This document shows, one piece after another, positions 46,558 through 55,649 of a stretch of DNA of 64,000 nucleotides (the first letter of the stretch is position 1; every line of letters starts with the position of its first letter). Made by a program: the position numbers and the translations under genes. Origin of the DNA: Acidimicrobiales bacterium (GTDB lineage: Bacteria; Actinomycetota; Acidimicrobiia; Acidimicrobiales; QHCF01); contig JAVKSQ010000004.1 in NCBI GenBank assembly GCA_039583615.1, positions 5,162-69,161 of the forward strand, in the 5' to 3' direction. The notes under the pieces were generated by a model that worked only from the letters and a program-made list of their open reading frames with translations, made no database searches and had not been told where the DNA came from.

Positions 46558-48303
46558 GTGGACCACACTCAGGACCAAGAGCCTGGCCAGCACCCAGACC
46601 GAGGGCAGGGGACCCCCCGGCCGAGGGGCGAGGGGGTGCGCATCATCGGCGCCGAGGAGGCAGCCGCGGCGGTGGAGGCCGGCCAGGTGGCCGGGCGTCG
46701 GCCCGAGCACGAGCCTCGCTTCGGCGACGTGCCGGTGCCCCCTCCCGGGCCCCGGGCCCCCCACCGCTTCCCCCTGCCCGACTCCGTGGACCCGGCTGCG
46801 GTGCCCCGTCCACCGCTGGCCGGCCAGCCCTCGCCCGAGCGGGGACGACGGGTCCACGGCGACACTCGGGTCGACGCGTCCGACCTGCCCGGTCCGCTGG
46901 GCGACGCGCCCCAACGGCCGGCCCCAGCCGGTGCCGGCCAAGATCCAAGGGCTCTGGACCAAGAGCTGGCCGACTGGACGGCGCTGGCCGGCCCCGACCC
47001 CGGTCCCGAGGAAGACCCCGGACCGCCAGCCCGGCCGGGGGACATGGCCGGCTGGGCGGCCGGGCGGCCTCTCGGCGGGGAGCCGCCACCGGAGATGCTC
47101 CACTGGGCCGATCCGCCCACTGGTGAGGTTCCCCGCATCCTGGCGGGCGAGCCGTCCGCAGAGGAAGACGACCTTCGCGCCTGGTCCAGGCTGATCGGCC
47201 GCGGGCCGAGCTGGCGGGATCGCCACTCGGGCTGGGAAGACGGTGGCTACGAGCCGGCCATGCTGGCTGACGATCATCAGGCGGGGTTGGGCGCCCACGG
47301 GCAACCGACCGACGATCCGACCGATCTGTTCTCCGCCGACCCCGGCCCGGGGACGCCAGCCGAGCCCGCCCGGCGGGGGGGGCCGCCCGGGGAGCCGGCT
47401 GCGCAGGAGTATGGGCCCCCACCCTCCCGCCGTATCCGCATCGGCCGGCAGCCACCTACCTCCTCCCCCCGGCCGCCCGGCGGCCGCCGCCCGGACATGG
47501 GTTTGCGGCTGGCCACCGGTTTGGGGATCTTCGTCTTGACCCTTGTCTTGCTCAAGGTGGGTCCGCTGCCCAGCTTCGTCCTGGCCCTGGCGGTGGTGGT
47601 CCTGGCCGCCGCCGAGGGCTTTGCCGTGCTGCACCAGGCCGGGTACCGCCCGGCCACCCTCCTGGGGCTCACTGCCACCGCCTCGCTCATGATCGCCTCC
47701 TACCTCAAGGGTGAGACAGCGGTGCCGCTCATCCTCGCCCTGATGGTGGCCTTCAGCCTGCTGTGGTACCTGGCCGGGGTGGTCCGAGGCCGTCCCACCG
47801 TCAACGTGGCCGTCACCTGGCTGGGGTTCATGTGGGCCGGGTTCCTCGGATCCTTCGCCGCCTTGCTCCTCAACCCGCGTATCTTCCCCGACCGTCATGG
47901 CGTGGCCTTCCTCCTGGGGGCGCTCTTGGCGTCGGTGGGCCACGACGTGGGGGGCTGGTTGATCGGTGGCCAGTTCGGCCGGCACCCCATGGCCCCCCGC
48001 ATCAGCCCCAACAAGACATGGGAGGGTCTCGTCGGCGGGATGGCCGGGGCCATCTTGGTGTCGGCCATCGTGACCAGCCAGGTCCACCCCTGGAACCTGG
48101 CCCGGGCAGTCGCCTTGGGGGTGGTGGTGGCGGTGGTCGCCCCCCTCGGCGACCTTTGCGAGTCCATGATCAAGCGGGACATCGGGGTAAAGGACATGGG
48201 CTCCCTGCTGCCTGGACATGGCGGCATGCTGGACCGGATAGACGCCCTGTTGTTCGTCCTGCCGGCCACCTACTACCTCGTTCGGGTGCTGAAGATCGGG
48301 TGA
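46558..48303 (+). CDS. cdsA: phosphatidate cytidylyltransferase with ~313-aa Pro-rich N-terminal extension
   Basis: The C-terminal ~270 aa has the CdsA signature SPNKTWEG…GDLCESMIKRDIGVKDMGSLLPGHGGMLDRID. The N-terminal part is low-complexity. An internal ATG at 47497 precedes the first TM segment. Confidence 0.85.
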   Translation: MDHTQDQEPGQHPDRGQGTPRPRGEGVRIIGAEEAAAAVEAGQVAGRRPEHEPRFGDVPVPPPGPRAPHRFPLPDSVDPAAVPRPPLAGQPSPERGRRVHGDTRVDASDLPGPLGDAPQRPAPAGAGQDPRALDQELADWTALAGPDPGPEEDPGPPARPGDMAGWAAGRPLGGEPPPEMLHWADPPTGEVPRILAGEPSAEEDDLRAWSRLIGRGPSWRDRHSGWEDGGYEPAMLADDHQAGLGAHGQPTDDPTDLFSADPGPGTPAEPARRGGPPGEPAAQEYGPPPSRRIRIGRQPPTSSPRPPGGRRPDMGLRLATGLGIFVLTLVLLKVGPLPSFVLALAVVVLAAAEGFAVLHQAGYRPATLLGLTATASLMIASYLKGETAVPLILALMVAFSLLWYLAGVVRGRPTVNVAVTWLGFMWAGFLGSFAALLLNPRIFPDRHGVAFLLGALLASVGHDVGGWLIGGQFGRHPMAPRISPNKTWEGLVGGMAGAILVSAIVTSQVHPWNLARAVALGVVVAVVAPLGDLCESMIKRDIGVKDMGSLLPGHGGMLDRIDALLFVLPATYYLVRVLKIG

Positions 48304-49469
48304 GTGAGGTGCGCACCTTGAGCCTGGTGGGGTCGACCGGCTCGATTGGCATCCAAGCCGTCGACGTCGTTCGAGCTGCCCCTGACCGCTACCGGGTGGT
48401 GGCCATCGGAGCGCACCGCTCGGTGAAGGAGCTCGCCGCCCAGGCCGCCGAGCTGCGTCCCGACCAGGTGGCCATAGCCGATGCCAGCCTGGCCGGCCAG
48501 CTGGCCCAGGTGCTGCCGGCCGGCATCGAGCTGCTGGCCGGCCCCGAGGCCATGGCGGCCATCGCGGTCACTGCCGACACCGTGGTCAACGGGGTGGTCG
48601 GCTTCGCCGGGCTGCCGGTGACACTGGCCGCCCTGTCGGCCGGGCGCCGTCTGGCCCTCGCCAACAAGGAGTCCCTGATCGCCGGGGCACCAGTGGTCCA
48701 GCCCGCCCGGAGGACCCCCGGGGCCGAGATCGTGCCGGTCGACTCCGAGCACTGCGCCATCCACCAGTGCCTGCGGTCCACGCCGGGCGGGGCAGACGAT
48801 GCCTCCCGGGTGGTGCTCACGGCCAGTGGCGGTCCCTTTCGCGGTAGGAGCCGGGCTGAGCTGGCCTCGGTCACGGTAGCCGACGCCTTGGCCCACCCGA
48901 CCTGGTCGATGGGCCCGAAGATCACCGTCGACTCGTCCACTCTCATGAACAAGGGCCTGGAGGTGATCGAGGCTCACGAGCTGTTCGGGATCCCCTACGA
49001 CCGGATCGAGGTGGTGGTTCATCCCCAGTCGGTGGTCCACTCGATGGTCGAGCTCTGCGACGGGTCGACGATGGCCCAGCTGTCCATGCCCGACATGCGC
49101 CTGCCCATCGGGTACGCGCTGGCCTACCCCCAGCGCCTGGACCGGCCGATCGGCGTCATCGACTGGGCCCGGCTGTCCCGTCTCGACTTCGAGGCTCCCG
49201 ATACCCTGGCCTTCGCCTGCCTCGACCTGGCCTACCAGGCGGGACGGGTGGGCGGCACTGCCCCGGCCTGGCTCAACGCGGCCAACGAGGTGGCGGTGTC
49301 CGCCTTTCTGGACGGTCGCCTCGACTGGCTGGGCATCGCCGACGTGGTGGCCGAGACCCTGGGATCCCATGTCGAGCAGGGCCCGGTGGAAGATCTGGAG
49401 GCAGTGCTGGAGGCCGACCGCCAGGCCCGCCGAGTGGCCAGCCGAGCGGTGCTGGCCAGAGCGGCGTGA
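48300..49469 (+). CDS. dxr: 1-deoxy-D-xylulose-5-phosphate reductoisomerase
   Basis: LVGSTGSIGIQA, LANKESLI and SEHCAIHQC motifs. GTG 48300 overlaps the cdsA stop (GTGA). Confidence 0.93.
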   Translation: MSEVRTLSLVGSTGSIGIQAVDVVRAAPDRYRVVAIGAHRSVKELAAQAAELRPDQVAIADASLAGQLAQVLPAGIELLAGPEAMAAIAVTADTVVNGVVGFAGLPVTLAALSAGRRLALANKESLIAGAPVVQPARRTPGAEIVPVDSEHCAIHQCLRSTPGGADDASRVVLTASGGPFRGRSRAELASVTVADALAHPTWSMGPKITVDSSTLMNKGLEVIEAHELFGIPYDRIEVVVHPQSVVHSMVELCDGSTMAQLSMPDMRLPIGYALAYPQRLDRPIGVIDWARLSRLDFEAPDTLAFACLDLAYQAGRVGGTAPAWLNAANEVAVSAFLDGRLDWLGIADVVAETLGSHVEQGPVEDLEAVLEADRQARRVASRAVLARAA

Positions 49470-50836
49470 TCGGCTCCCAATCGTCGAAGATGTCGAAGAT
49501 GGAGAGGGAGCCAGCCTCCTCCCGGGTGGACAGCCAGGAGGCAGCCCCCGCTCCACGCCCGGGGCCGGTCAATCCCCGAGGGGCGCTGGTACGCCTCGCC
49601 CTGGTGGTCGCCGCTGGCGTCGCCGCCGCCGTGCTCACCCACGCGGTGGCCACCCTGGTGGTGGTGGTGGCCATCGTGGTCATCATCATGCTCCACGAGG
49701 GGGGCCATCTGGCCATGGCCAAGTGGGCAGGGATGAAGGTCACCGAGTACTTCGTCGGCTTCGGCCCGCGAGTGTGGTCCATCCGCCGGGGAGAGACCGA
49801 GTACGGGGTCAAGGCCATCCCGGCCGGCGGCTACGTGAAGATCATCGGCATGACCAACCTGGAGGAGGTGGACCCGGTCGACGAGCCCCGGACCTACCGC
49901 CAGGGCACCTTCTGGCGGCGGCTGTCGGTGGTGTCGGCCGGGTCGGTGGTGCACTTCGTCCTGGCCCTGGTCCTGATGTGGTCGATCTTCGCCCTGGTGG
50001 GGGCGCCCAACCCGTCGAAGGTATCAGTCGGGGCCCTGAGCCAGCTGCAAGGTTCGCCCAGCCCGGCCCGGGCCGCCGGACTGGTTCCAGGGGACGTCTT
50101 CGTCTCCGTGGGCGGCCACCGGGTCACCAGCCCGGACAGCCTGGTCAAGTTGATCAAGTCCCACGCCGAGGACCCGCTTGCCGTGGTGGTCGACCGCCAC
50201 GGCCGGCTGGTGCGTCTCACTGTCACTCCGGTAGACGGCCGGTCGGTGAGGATCGGGGGCCAGCCGGTGGACACCGGCAACGCCCCGGTGGGTCTCCTCG
50301 GCGTCGACCTGACGTCACCGACCGAGACGACGGGACCAGTTGCCGCCGCGGGCAAGGCAGCCAGCGGCTTGGCCAGCACCGCCAGCGCCACCTTCGGCGG
50401 GCTGGGCAGCATCTTCTCGGCCCACGGCCTCTCGTCGTTGGGCCACCAGGTGGTGTCGGCGGCGTCAGGGAGCAACTCTGCAGGGTCTGGCTCCTCGTTC
50501 CGGCAGGCGGAGGAGAACCGGCCGGTGTCGATAGTCGGCATCACCCGGGTGGCCTCGCAGGCGGCCAGTGCCGGGGTCGGCGACTTCCTCGGGATCCTCG
50601 TGGTGTTCAACGTCTTCGTGGGCATCTTCAATCTGCTGCCGCTGGTGCCTTTGGACGGCGGCCACGTGGCCATCGCCGTCTACGAGCGCATCCGCTCCCG
50701 GCCGGGTCGCCCGTACCGGGCCGACGCGGCCAAGCTGGCCGCTCCCACCTATGCCGTGCTGGCCGCCATCTTGCTGCTGGGTGCCAGCACCCTCTACCTG
50801 GACCTGGTCCGACCGATCCCCAACCCGTTCCAGTAG
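49466..50836 (+). CDS. rseP: RseP-like site-2 (M50) zinc metalloprotease
   Basis: HEGGHLAMAK (HExxH), a PDZ-like middle region and NLLPLVPLDGGH. The start may be an internal Met. Confidence 0.88.
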   Translation: MIGSQSSKMSKMEREPASSRVDSQEAAPAPRPGPVNPRGALVRLALVVAAGVAAAVLTHAVATLVVVVAIVVIIMLHEGGHLAMAKWAGMKVTEYFVGFGPRVWSIRRGETEYGVKAIPAGGYVKIIGMTNLEEVDPVDEPRTYRQGTFWRRLSVVSAGSVVHFVLALVLMWSIFALVGAPNPSKVSVGALSQLQGSPSPARAAGLVPGDVFVSVGGHRVTSPDSLVKLIKSHAEDPLAVVVDRHGRLVRLTVTPVDGRSVRIGGQPVDTGNAPVGLLGVDLTSPTETTGPVAAAGKAASGLASTASATFGGLGSIFSAHGLSSLGHQVVSAASGSNSAGSGSSFRQAEENRPVSIVGITRVASQAASAGVGDFLGILVVFNVFVGIFNLLPLVPLDGGHVAIAVYERIRSRPGRPYRADAAKLAAPTYAVLAAILLLGASTLYLDLVRPIPNPFQ

Positions 50837-50855
50837 GATCGAGGGTGGTGCCGAG

Positions 50856-52088
50856 ATGAGCCGTCCCCCCGTGAGCCTGGCGACCCGTCGCTCCACCCGC
50901 CAGATCATGGTGGGCAATGTGGCCGTCGGCGGCGGAGCACCGGTGTCGGTCCAGTCCATGACCGTCACCAAGACCGCCGACGCCGACGCCACCCTGGCCC
51001 AGATCTACGCCCTGGCCGGGGCGGGGGCCGACATCGTGCGCTGCACCTGCAACGAGGCGGCGGCCGCCGAGGGGCTGGCCAGGATCGTGCCCCGCTCGCC
51101 GGTGCCGATAGTGGCCGACGTCCACTTCCACCACCAGATGGCCCTTGCTGCTCTGGAGGCCGGCGTGGCCTGCCTGCGCCTCAATCCTGGCAACCTGCGC
51201 AAGCCGGCTGAGATCAAGAGCGTGGCCGCCGAGGCCAAGGATCGGGGCGTGCCCATCCGCATCGGGGTCAATGCCGGCTCGCTTCACCCCGACCTGTACA
51301 AGAAGCACGGGGGAGCCACGCCTGAGGCGCTGGTGGAGTCGGCTCAGATGGAGCTGGCCTATTTTGCCGAGGTTGGCTTCGAGGACGTCAAGATCTCGGT
51401 CAAGGCGTCCGACGTGGCCCTCATGATCCAGGCCTACCGCCTGCTGGCCGACACGGTCGACTACCCGCTGCACCTGGGGGTCACCGAGGCCGGGCCGCCG
51501 CCGGGGGGGCTGGTCAAGGCCACTGCCGGCATCGCCACCCTGCTGGCCGAGGGCATCGGCGACACCATCCGCTACTCGCTCACCGCCGACCCCGTGGAGG
51601 AGGCCAGGGCTGGCCGCCAGCTGCTGGAGGCCCTGGGCCTGCGAGAGCGCACGGGCCTGGACCTCATCGCCTGTCCCTCCTGCGGGCGGGCTGAGATCGA
51701 CGTCATAGGAGTGGCCAAGGCTGCCCAGGTGGCCTTGGAGCAGCGAAGCCTGCCGATCCAGGTGGCGGTGATGGGCTGCGTGGTCAACGGTCCGGGCGAG
51801 GCCAGGGAGGCCGACCTCGGCATCGCCGCCGGGCGCCATCGGGGCCATCTGTTCATCAAGGGCAGGATCGTAAGGGTGGTGCCGGAGGAAGAGATGGTCG
51901 ACGCCTTGGTGGCCGAGGCCGAACGCATCGTGGCCGAGGGGGTCGAGGCCCGCCTGGCGGCGGCCGACGCCGGAGCGCAGGAGGCCGCCGCCGACGACCG
52001 CCGGGCCCTCCTGGAGTCCAAGGACGAGGACGTCAATTCCTCCGAGGCGCGGGTCGAGATGATCCGCAAGAAGCTCGAAGGCGACTAG
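50856..52088 (+). CDS. ispG: 4-hydroxy-3-methylbut-2-enyl diphosphate synthase
   Basis: TRQIMVGNVAVGGGAPVSVQSMT, CPSCGR and MGCVVNGPGEA motifs. ATG 50856. Confidence 0.93.
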   Translation: MSRPPVSLATRRSTRQIMVGNVAVGGGAPVSVQSMTVTKTADADATLAQIYALAGAGADIVRCTCNEAAAAEGLARIVPRSPVPIVADVHFHHQMALAALEAGVACLRLNPGNLRKPAEIKSVAAEAKDRGVPIRIGVNAGSLHPDLYKKHGGATPEALVESAQMELAYFAEVGFEDVKISVKASDVALMIQAYRLLADTVDYPLHLGVTEAGPPPGGLVKATAGIATLLAEGIGDTIRYSLTADPVEEARAGRQLLEALGLRERTGLDLIACPSCGRAEIDVIGVAKAAQVALEQRSLPIQVAVMGCVVNGPGEAREADLGIAAGRHRGHLFIKGRIVRVVPEEEMVDALVAEAERIVAEGVEARLAAADAGAQEAAADDRRALLESKDEDVNSSEARVEMIRKKLEGD

Positions 52089-52178
52089 GTCAGCCCCGAG
52101 GGGCGGCGCCGCCGGCGCCTCTCGGCCTCATTGGGCGAGGATGGGGGCGCAGCCACGCCGGTGGCCTACCCTTCGGCC

Positions 52179-53510
52179 ATGCGCATGTCCCGCCTGTTGC
52201 TGCGGACCTTCCGAGACGCCCCGGCCGACGCCGAGGTGGCCAGCCATCGCCTGCTGGTGAGGGGCGGGTACGTCCGCCGGCTGGCATCAGGGATCTACAC
52301 GTTCCTGCCCCTCGGACTGCGGGTCCTCCACCAGGTGACCCGGATAGTGCGGGAGGAGATGGACGCGGCCGGGGCCCAGGAGTTGCTGCTGCCCGCCCTG
52401 CATCCGGTGGAGCTGTGGGAGCGAAGCGGCCGGACGGTCACCATGGACGACGTGTTGATCCGGGTGCACGCCAAGGGAGGAGAGTTCGTGCTGGCCCCGA
52501 CCCACGAGGAGGTGGTCACCGCCACCGTGGCTGGCGAGGTGGACTCGTGGCGGGACCTGCCGGTGAGCGTGTACCAGGTCCAGACCAAGTTCCGGGACGA
52601 GGCTCGCCCCCGCTACGGCCTGCTGCGCACCCGCGAGCTGATCATGAAGGATGCCTACAGCTTCGACGTGTCGGCCGAGGCCATGGGCGCCTCCTATAGG
52701 GACATGTACGACGCCTACTGCCGGATCTTCGCCCGCCTGGGCTTGGCGGTGACCCCCGTGGAGGCGGCATCGGGCGCCATCGGAGGCGACGTGAGCCACG
52801 AGTTCATGGTGGCCTCCGAGATCGGCGAGGACCGCTTCGCCAGGTGCCCGGCTCTTGGCTGCGGCTGGGCGGCGAGCGTGGAGGCCGCCCCCCACCTGGC
52901 CGAGGGAGGCGCCTGTCCCCGCTGCGGGGCGGCAGTGGAGCTGGTCCGGGCGGTGGAGGCGGGCCACACCTTCCAGCTCGGCCTCACCTACTCGACCAAG
53001 TCCCCGGGCGCCACCTTCACTGACGAGGCAGGTCGGGAGCTGCCGTACTGGATGGGCTGCTACGGCATGGGCCTCTCCCGACTGGTGGCGGTCCTCGCCG
53101 AGGAGCACCACGACGACGCCGGGTTGCGCTGGCCCGAGTCGGTGGCTCCCTACCAGGTCCACGTGGTGGCACTGGGCGTCGAACGGTCGCCGGCGGTGGC
53201 GGGTGCCGCCGAGCGAATCTACGCCGAGCTGGGCACGTCGGGGACCAGCGTCCTCTACGACGATCGGGACGCCTCGGCCGGGGTCAAGTTTGCCGACGCC
53301 GACCTGCTGGGCGTGCCCGTCCAGGTGGTGGTGGGGGCCAAGGGCCTGGAGCGAGGGGTGGTCGAGGTGAGGTACCGGCCCTCGGGTGCCAAGGACGAGG
53401 CGCCGCTCGACCAGGTGGTGGCGGCTGCCGGGGCCGGGCGGCCGGGGCCGGAGGCGCCCCGCCGGCCCGCCACGGGGAGCACGCCCGCCGCAGGCGGGAC
53501 GGTGCCTTAG
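52179..53510 (+). CDS. proS: proline--tRNA ligase, bacterial-type but lacking the INS editing domain
   Basis: MRMSRLLLRTFRDAPADAEVASHRLL. Motif 2 FRDEARPRYGLLRTRELIMKDAYSF and motif 3 GCYGMGLSRL. Only ~35 aa lie between GED and the motif-3 region. About 443 aa in total. Confidence 0.88.
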   Translation: MRMSRLLLRTFRDAPADAEVASHRLLVRGGYVRRLASGIYTFLPLGLRVLHQVTRIVREEMDAAGAQELLLPALHPVELWERSGRTVTMDDVLIRVHAKGGEFVLAPTHEEVVTATVAGEVDSWRDLPVSVYQVQTKFRDEARPRYGLLRTRELIMKDAYSFDVSAEAMGASYRDMYDAYCRIFARLGLAVTPVEAASGAIGGDVSHEFMVASEIGEDRFARCPALGCGWAASVEAAPHLAEGGACPRCGAAVELVRAVEAGHTFQLGLTYSTKSPGATFTDEAGRELPYWMGCYGMGLSRLVAVLAEEHHDDAGLRWPESVAPYQVHVVALGVERSPAVAGAAERIYAELGTSGTSVLYDDRDASAGVKFADADLLGVPVQVVVGAKGLERGVVEVRYRPSGAKDEAPLDQVVAAAGAGRPGPEAPRRPATGSTPAAGGTVP

Positions 53511-53583
53511 GGAGACTGGGGCGGAGCCCCGCGAGTGGCGTTATACTGGCGAAGCCTTTCGTTCGAGAAGCATCTGTGCGCAA

Positions 53584-53612
53584 GCGTGGGCGAGGGCCCA
53601 CGCTTTTGCTTT
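53584..53612 (+). terminator. intrinsic-terminator-like hairpin (GCGTGGGC-GAGG-GCCCACGC followed by TTTTGCTTTG)
   Basis: Read directly. Lies 74 nt after the proS stop and 69 nt before the rimP ATG. A TATACT hexamer sits at 53542-53547. Confidence 0.55.
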
Positions 53613-53680
53613 GGGGTGCTGACGTTGGCGGTGGAGAGGGGCGGCAGTCCTGGGCTGAGCGATCGAGGAGGAGGTTGGAG

Positions 53681-54289
53681 ATGGTGGCGCCGGAGCGGGT
53701 GCTTGTTGTCGTCGAGCCGGTGCTGGGGGAGTTCGGCATGGAGGTAGTGGACGTGGAGGCCAGCCGGGACGGCCTTAGGGTGGTCGTCGACCGGCCGGGT
53801 GGTGTCGACTTGGACGCGCTGGCAGAGGCGACCCAGGTGGTGTCGGGAGCCCTGGACGACAAGGAGGTGGCCGGCCCGAGGGGCAGCTACACCCTGGAGG
53901 TCTCCAGTCCCGGGGTCGAGCGGGTGCTGCGCACGCCCGAGCATTTTGGTCGTTTCGTGGGAACCATGGTGGCCGTCAAGACCCTTCCGGGCACGCCGGG
54001 GGAGCGCCGGGTCCAGGGACGCCTGGTCGAAGCCGGCGACGAGGCGATCCTCTTGGAGTCACCGGGCGACGGTGACCGGCGGCAGGTGAGCTACGCCGAC
54101 ATCGAGAGGGCCAGGACCGTGTTGGATTGGGGGCCGGCAGCCCGTCCCGGCAGGGGAGAGCATCGCCGGGGAGGCGGCTGGAGCATCACCAGCGGCCTGG
54201 GGCGCACGCCCGACAGCGGCGACCGAGTGGCCTGCTGCCAGACCCGGTCCCCCTTGAGCGGCCGGTCACCGACAGTTGACGTCCGATGA
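53681..54289 (+). CDS. rimP: ribosome maturation factor RimP
   Basis: VEPVLGEFGMEVVDVE…YTLEVSSPGVERVLRTPEHFGRFVG. ATG 53681 follows GGAGGAGG. The stop overlaps the nusA ATG (ATGA). Confidence 0.88.
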   Translation: MVAPERVLVVVEPVLGEFGMEVVDVEASRDGLRVVVDRPGGVDLDALAEATQVVSGALDDKEVAGPRGSYTLEVSSPGVERVLRTPEHFGRFVGTMVAVKTLPGTPGERRVQGRLVEAGDEAILLESPGDGDRRQVSYADIERARTVLDWGPAARPGRGEHRRGGGWSITSGLGRTPDSGDRVACCQTRSPLSGRSPTVDVR

Positions 54290-55647
54290 GCCGTAACTTC
54301 GAGTTCCTGGAAGCCCTCCAGCAGATCGCCCGCGAGAAGGGGATCGGGGTGGACACCCTCCTGGCCGCAGTGGCTAACGCCTTGGTGGTGGCGTACAAGC
54401 GGCTCCCCGAGGCGGCTGAGGAGGCGGTGGTCACCATCGATCCCGACAGCGGGGAGATCATCGTCTACGGCCAGGAGCTGGATGAGGACGGCAACGTGGT
54501 GAGGGAGTGGGACGACACCCCGGAGGACTTCGGGCGCATCGCAGCCCAGACGGCCAAGCAGGTGATCCTCCAGTGCATCCGGGAGGCCGAGCGGGACCTC
54601 AAGTACGAGGAGTACGCCGGCAGGGAGGGCGACATCGTCACCGGCATAATCCAGCAGAGCGACAACCGTTACACCCTGCTCGACCTGGGCAAGGTGGAGG
54701 CTCTGCTGCCCCAGGCCGAACAGGTCCCCTACGAGCGCTACGAGCACGGCTCCCGGCTCAAGGCTTACATAGTCGAGGTGCGCAAGACGACCAAGGGCCC
54801 CCAGATCGTGGTCAGTCGCACCCACCCGGGCCTCATCCGGCGGTTGTTCGAGCTGGAGGTCCCCGAGATCAGCAGCGGCGTCGTGGAGTTCAAGGCGGCC
54901 GCCCGGGAGCCGGGCCACCGGACGAAGATCGCGGTCTGGTCCAACGACCCCAACGTGGACCCGGTGGGGGCGTGCGTGGGGGCAAGGGGGGCGCGGGTCC
55001 GCATGGTGACCAACGAGCTACGGGGGGAGAAGGTCGACATCGTGCCCTTCTCGGAAGACCCTGCCGAATTCGTGCAGCGGGCCCTGCAGCCGGCGCGGGT
55101 GAAGGAGGTGCGTCTTGACGACGAGACCGGTACGGCGACGGTGATCGTCCACGACTTCCAGCTGTCCCTGGCCATTGGCAAGGAGGGCCAGAATGCCCGG
55201 CTGGCTGCCCGACTGACCGGCTGGCGGGTCGACATCAAAAGTGAGTCCCAGCTGGCCGAGGAGGAGGCAGGCTACGCGGGGGAGGAGTGGGCCGAGGGAG
55301 AATGGGTCCGCACGCCTGCGGGCGAGATGGTCTGGCAGCCGGCGGAGGGAGGCGAGGCGGTGTCGGCCGAGCAGTGGTCGATGGGGGAGCCGCCGGCTGA
55401 GGATGGGGCACCAGCTCACGATGGGATGACCGCTCCCGGTGCCACTCCCGCCGAGGATCGGCCGTCTGGCGAGGTCGACCGGCCGGGCGAGGAGCCGGCC
55501 GGGACTGGCGGGCCGGACCAGGAGCCGACCGAGGCTGCTGCCCCAGCTGGGGACGGAGCAGCGGCCGGACCCTCGGCGGCCCACGAGGAAGCGGTTACCG
55601 CACCGGGGGCACCTACGGGACCCGAGACGGCTGGGCAGTCCGCATAG
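54286..55647 (+). CDS. nusA: transcription termination/antitermination factor NusA
   Basis: N-terminal EFLEALQQIAREKGI, an S1 domain and two KH domains (…AIGKEGQNARLAARLTGWRVDIKS). Acidic/Pro-rich tail. Confidence 0.93.
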   Translation: MSRNFEFLEALQQIAREKGIGVDTLLAAVANALVVAYKRLPEAAEEAVVTIDPDSGEIIVYGQELDEDGNVVREWDDTPEDFGRIAAQTAKQVILQCIREAERDLKYEEYAGREGDIVTGIIQQSDNRYTLLDLGKVEALLPQAEQVPYERYEHGSRLKAYIVEVRKTTKGPQIVVSRTHPGLIRRLFELEVPEISSGVVEFKAAAREPGHRTKIAVWSNDPNVDPVGACVGARGARVRMVTNELRGEKVDIVPFSEDPAEFVQRALQPARVKEVRLDDETGTATVIVHDFQLSLAIGKEGQNARLAARLTGWRVDIKSESQLAEEEAGYAGEEWAEGEWVRTPAGEMVWQPAEGGEAVSAEQWSMGEPPAEDGAPAHDGMTAPGATPAEDRPSGEVDRPGEEPAGTGGPDQEPTEAAAPAGDGAAAGPSAAHEEAVTAPGAPTGPETAGQSA

Positions 55648-55649
55648 CT

